Shown piece after piece: positions 23,244-28,362 of a stretch of 28,362 bases of DNA (the first letter of the stretch is position 1; each line of letters opens with the position of its first letter). Position numbers and translations under genes: made by a program. Location of the stretch: assembly GCF_006345805.1 (NCBI RefSeq), contig NW_021833565.1, positions 1 to 28,362 on the forward strand. Direction: 5' to 3'. The notes below the pieces were generated by a model. The model saw only the letters and a list, made by a program, of their open reading frames with translations, did not search any database and was not told the origin of the DNA. This DNA is from Octopus sinensis (taxonomy: Eukaryota).

Positions 23244-23460
23244 TATATATGCATGATTCATACATACATTCATACATACATTCATACATACATACATACA
23301 TACAAACATACATACATACAAACATACATACATACATACATACAGACAAACATAGATTCATACATACAACATAAATAAATGCATACCTACATGCACACAC
23401 ACATACATACATACTACACACATACATACATGCATACTACATACATACATACATGCACAC

Positions 23461-23495
<35 letters not shown>

Positions 23496-23753
23496 CATAC
23501 ATGATTCATACATCAATCATACATACATACATACATACATACATACATACATACTACAACATACATACATACATACGTACATACAGACAGACAGACATAG
23601 ATTCATACATACATACATACATTCATACGTACATACATACATACATACATACACACATACCTACATACATACATACATACATACATACATACATAGATTC
23701 ATACATACACACACACATACATACATACATACATACATACATACATAGATTCA

Positions 23754-23789
<36 letters not shown>

Positions 23790-24009
23790 TATATATGCAT
23801 GATTCATACATACATTCATACATACATTCATACATACATACATACATACAAACATACATACATACAAACATACATACATACATACATACAGACAAACATA
23901 GATTCATACATACATACATAAATAAATGCATACATACATGCACACACACATACATACATACATACACACATACATACATGCATACATACATACATACATA
24001 CATGCACAC

Positions 24010-24044
<35 letters not shown>

Positions 24045-24480
24045 CATACATGATTCATACATACATTCATACATACATACATACATACATACATACATAC
24101 ATACATACAAACATACATACATACATACGTACATACAGACAGACAGACATAGATTCATACATACATACATACATTCATACGTACATACATACATACATAC
24201 ATACACACATACCTACATACATACATACATACATACATACATACATAGATTCATACATACACACACACATACATACATACATACATACATACATACATAC
24301 ATAGATTCATACATACATACATACATACATACATACACACGCACACACACACACATACCTACCTACATACATACATAGATTTATACATACATACATACAT
24401 ACAACATACATACATACATACATACATACATACATACATACATACATACATACAATACATACATACATACATACATACTT
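23177..24480. repeat. (ATAC)n array containing a ~550-bp higher-order tandem duplication
   Basis: Variant markers recur at 23251/23797 (period 546) and 23577/24129 (period 552). Confidence 0.9.
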
Positions 24481-24974
24481 ACGTTTCAGACGTCTGGAGT
24501 AGAAACTGGTCGTCATAATTAAAAAGCAAGAAAATCTGAATCATAATCCGTTTCGTTGACGTCATAACTCTTCTGACATTTCTCCGAAAACTGTTCTACA
24601 TAATCGTTGTTAATACTAAGACGTGAAAACGTGTGGCCTACTGATGAAAGGTGTTGCGTGTGCGACTGACTATAACACCGTGAGTTCGATTTGGGGAATT
24701 GGCGGTGAGGTGTGCCTTTGAGTAATGGCACTTCAGACAGTTTAAAAAGCATTTATATATGCATGTATACATATGCGTGTAAGTATCTCTCTCTTACTAT
24801 TTCTCTCTCTCTCTCTCGCGCGCGCTCTATCTATCTATCTTTCTGCATGTCTATCTATCTAGCTATTTCCCATTATTTCACTCTCTCTCTCTCTCTCTCC
24901 GGCTTTTTCTTTCAATAGATGAGTGTGTATGGTGTGTGTGTGTGTGTGTGTGACTGTACTCACCGGACTGATCA

Positions 24975-25215
24975 GATGTATGTACGTATGTATGTATATA
25001 TATATTATATATATATTTATAGATATTATATATATATATATATATATACCTACGTACATACATATATACATACATACGTACATACATATATACATACATA
25101 TTTACATATATACATAGATGCTTCTACATATATTATATTATATATATATACGTATATATATAATATATATATACATATATATACATACATACATGCATAT
25201 ATACATACTATATAT

Positions 25216-25249
<34 letters not shown>

Positions 25250-25731
25250 GTATGTATGTATGTATGGATGGATGGATGGATATATGTATGTATTTATGTA
25301 TGCATATATGTACGCATGCATGTACGTATGAATCTATGTATGTATACATGCATGTATGTATGCATGTTTGTATGTATGCATGCATGCATGCATGCGTGCA
25401 TGTATGTAAGTATGTACGTATGAATGCAAGCTATGTACGTACTGCGTATGTAACATGGTATAATTAAAAACAGGGCAAATTTTAGCAATTTCTCCGCACA
25501 CTGAAAAATCGATGAACAATCTTAATCGATTTGGTACCTTATTGAGTTCTCATCAGAGGCGTCGACATCATTTTGACAATCTTCAGAGAAACAATCAACT
25601 AAACTGTTTATATACTTAACAAATGTAACAGTTACTCTATGTATGTACGTGCGTATGTATGTGCATATATTGCTACGTGTGTGCACATGTATGTGTATAT
25701 GTACGTACATATGTATATATCTTTGTAAGTA

Positions 25732-25786
<55 letters not shown>

Positions 25787-26093
25787 CGATGCATGCATGT
25801 ATGTACGTTCGTATATGTGTATGTATGTACATAGGTATGTATGTACGCAGGTATGTTTTAATGTATTTATATATTTATGTACATAGGTATATATGTACGC
25901 ATGTATGTATGTATTACGTACGTATGTATATATTTATGAAATTATGCATATATGTATGTATGTATGTACGCACGTAAGTATGTAATATGTAAGTGTGCAT
26001 ATATGTATGCATGTATGTATGTACGTACTTATGTATTTATGTATGTATATATGCATGCGTGATCGTACATACTTGCGTATGTATGTACGTCTG

Positions 26094-26129
<36 letters not shown>

Positions 26130-26198
26130 TGTATGTATGTATGTATGTATGTATGTGTGTATGTATGTATGTATGTATGTATGTTTGTATGTATGTAT
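24975..26198. repeat. (TA)n and degenerate (TATG)n arrays, interrupted by 25451-25641
   Basis: Directly visible. Confidence 0.93.
25451..25641. repeat. Dispersed direct repeat, copy 2 (partner at 8057-8250)
   Basis: Same alignment. Both copies end at CAGTTACTCTATG. Confidence 0.85.
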
Positions 26199-26385
26199 GG
26201 GGACGAAGACAAGTGGTGTAGACAACAAACAGATGTATTAGTATAGCGCTCGGAAAGTGAAAAAAGTGTTTAACGTTTCGAACCTACGCTCTTCCACAGA
26301 AAAGAACACAGAAAGAAACAAGGAGAGAAAATAAAGAGAGAAAATAAAGAATGTGTAGTGGCTAGCTATCTATCATGGCGTGACC
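26198..26385 (-). mobile_element. Penelope-type terminal fragment with a near-intact minimal hammerhead
   Basis: 26302-26269 (-): TTT-CTGTGGA-a-GAGC-GTAG-GTTC-GAAACGTT-AAA. All stems can pair, with one core substitution (A6 to T). Element boundaries are approximate. Confidence 0.5.
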
Positions 26386-26387
26386 CG

Positions 26388-26500
26388 TTTATCAAATTCA
26401 CTCATAAGGCATTGGTCGGCTCAGGACTATAACAGAAAAGTGCTGTTGAAGGCACCGCAAAATGATACTGAAGCCGAAACTACATAGTGGTAACACTTGT
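26388..26500 (-). mobile_element. Degenerate SINE family A, 5'/central fragment
   Basis: AAATTCACTCATAAGGCATTGGTCGGCTC matches the reverse complement of 14815-14850. Confidence 0.6.
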
Positions 26501-26564
26501 GCCTGCATGAACAAAATAATAAAACAAAGAAAAAAAAACACAACGAACGAAACTAAACAATTTA

Positions 26565-26939
26565 TCTTTATATATAAAAGTGAAGTTGTGTGTCTGTCTC
26601 CTACGATTTAGATTCCTAACTACTCCCACATTTTGCGGTGCAGTTTAACCAAAACCGGGTATCTTATAGTCGTGATTCATATCGAGCCCTTCTGGGTGTT
26701 TTAGCGCGCGTCTACGATGAGTCTACGATTTTAAAAAAAATTACCATCATTTTTTTCCATTTTAATGCATTTTTTCGCTATTATATAAGGGAAGTAACTC
26801 TCTAAAAATGTCTACGATGAGTCAACAATTAAAAAAAAAATTACCATAATTTTTTGCTATTTTTTGGCTATAACTCTCTAAAAATGCTTATATAGTTATT
26901 TCCCTTACAAACCCGAGCAACGCCGGGCGATACTGCTAG
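26565..26939 (+). mobile_element. Non-autonomous Helitron, 375 bp
   Basis: 5' TC, 3' CTAG, inserted between A (26564) and T (26940). Subterminal hairpin CCCGAGCAACGCCGGG at 26912-26927. No TSD. Internal duplication of GTCTACGATGAGTC...AAATTACCAT. Confidence 0.88.
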
Positions 26940-27320
26940 TAATTAGTAATTCAATTATAATACGCCATATGTATGAAGCATCTTTGGGGTGAAGCACATC
27001 ATTCAAAATGGCTGAAGCGTAATCTTCCCGTAAACAAATTGTTTAAAACACCTGGTTAATGTATCACTCGAAGCTGTTTATGAAAGCAGTCACTTTGTGT
27101 AAGTGGCAAAATGACTTAATCGTACTTGAGCCGAAAGAAGACGACGACCTCAGATGAAGTCATCAAAACGTTGTTCACTTCAGTTTCGTACTGCTTCCCT
27201 CCAAGTACAAGTCAATGAGGGTTTCGTAGATGTGGGTCGTTGACCTGCGAGAATGCAAGAAATAGCAGTTAAATTTTCTTGAAATCGTAACTTACGGTTA
27301 CAATAATGGTTTCAATACAA

Positions 27321-27550
27321 CTCTTTTACTCTTTTAATTTTTTTAGTTATTTCAGTCATTTTACTGCGGCCATGCCGAGCAACGCCTTAAGTCGAGCAAA
27401 TCAAGCCCAGGACTTATTCTTTGTAAGCCTAGTACTTATTCTTACCGCTCTCTTTTGCCGAACTGCTTAGTTACGGGGACGTAAACACACCAATATCGGT
27501 TGTCAAACGATGTTGGGGGGACAAACACAGACACACAAACATATACACAC
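27321..27550 (-). mobile_element. SINE family A, 3' half
   Basis: Reverse complement aligns to 14900-15130. Confidence 0.85.
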
Positions 27551-27598
27551 ACATAACATATTACCAATATATATATATATATATATAGATATATATAT

Positions 27599-27640
<42 letters not shown>

Positions 27641-27643
<3 letters not shown>

Positions 27644-27792
27644 TTAGCAAAAGAGACAGATAGAACACTTAGTATGCTTTTAAAAAAACAGAAATTCAGT
27701 CGTGGTGTCGATTTGTTCGACTAAAATTCCTTGAAGCCGGTGCCCCAGCATGGCCGCAGTGAAATGACTGAAACCAGTGAAAGATAAAAGAT
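27641..27792 (+). mobile_element. SINE family A variant, 3' fragment
   Basis: GCAAAAGAGACAGATAG...GGTGCCCCAGCATGGCCGCAGTGAAATGACTGAAAC. Confidence 0.75.
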
Positions 27793-28109
27793 TTTTTTAA
27801 TGTGACATAATCGTTCTTGTAGTTTTCGTTGCTGTTGTTATTGTTGTTGCTTAGGGAAAGGTCGGTCCTCAAAGACGTCGCACCGAACACAATAGAATAA
27901 AATCATGTCAATCTATCCTTCCTACAAAAAAAAAAAAAAAAAAAAATTGCAGAACGTGATTTCAGGAAAGTTCGACTGCTATTTTTTTCCCATCGAGTCG
28001 AGTGTGCTAAATAGGTTACGTCATTTGTTTATGAATTTCAAGTGGTTCTATGATGGGGGTCAATCGGTGCAGCAACATGTAAAAACTGTAGAGGTATACA
28101 ATTGTTAGT

Positions 28110-28162
28110 CATGATGAGGATAATGATGAAGATGATGATGATGATGATGATGATGATGGGGG

Positions 28163-28226
<64 letters not shown>

Positions 28227-28362
28227 ATTGATGATGGTGATGATGAATACAATGGTGGTGGTCCAGTTTTTGGTCTCGCTGCTGCTCATGTTGCAGTTGT
28301 TGTTGTTGTTGTTGATGATGATGATGAGGTTGATGATGATGGTGATGATCGTGATGGTGGCG
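28110..28362. repeat. (GAT)n/(GGT)/(GTT) trinucleotide array running off the window end
   Basis: Directly visible. Confidence 0.95.

Noticed and set aside
23235-24330. CRISPR-like or other spacer-repeat array
   Set aside because: No unique spacers. The DNA is eukaryotic and the periodicity is explained by tandem duplication.
23122-24516. HTYI/MYVC repeat ORFs up to 283 aa
   Set aside because: Pure (ATAC)n translation artefacts. The same applies to the YI, CV and LS repeat ORFs across the window.
27946-28092. Possible phase-0 exon NVISGKFDCYFFPIES...KTVE
   Set aside because: The acceptor is preceded by poly-A, not a pyrimidine tract, and no homology is recognised. Too weak to call.

Overview
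AT-rich eukaryotic DNA saturated with microsatellites. The repeat families and simple-repeat density point to an octopus (coleoid cephalopod) intronic or intergenic region; this is an inference from pattern recognition, not a database search. No intact protein-coding gene is supported, and most entries in the ORF track are translations of (TA)n, (CA)n, (ATAC)n and trinucleotide arrays. Supported content: (1) a 5'-truncated, frameshifted R4/Dong-like non-LTR retrotransposon (RT plus CCHC plus restriction-like endonuclease) inserted in (TAA)n; (2) two ~554-bp copies of an unclassified non-coding element with the same (TAA)n flanks and orientation; (3) two Penelope-like GIY-YIG relics and up to five minimal hammerhead-like motifs; (4) about 17 copies or fragments of three tRNA-derived SINE families; (5) a Merlin-like MITE with an 8-bp TSD and telomeric repeats, a second MITE, and a non-autonomous Helitron; (6) an RTE-like 5' fragment, foldbacks, a ~550-bp higher-order repeat, and a few low-confidence candidate exons. 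I found no system I can show to be undescribed. The best leads are the TAA-targeted LINE with a possible non-autonomous partner, and the dispersed hammerhead motifs.
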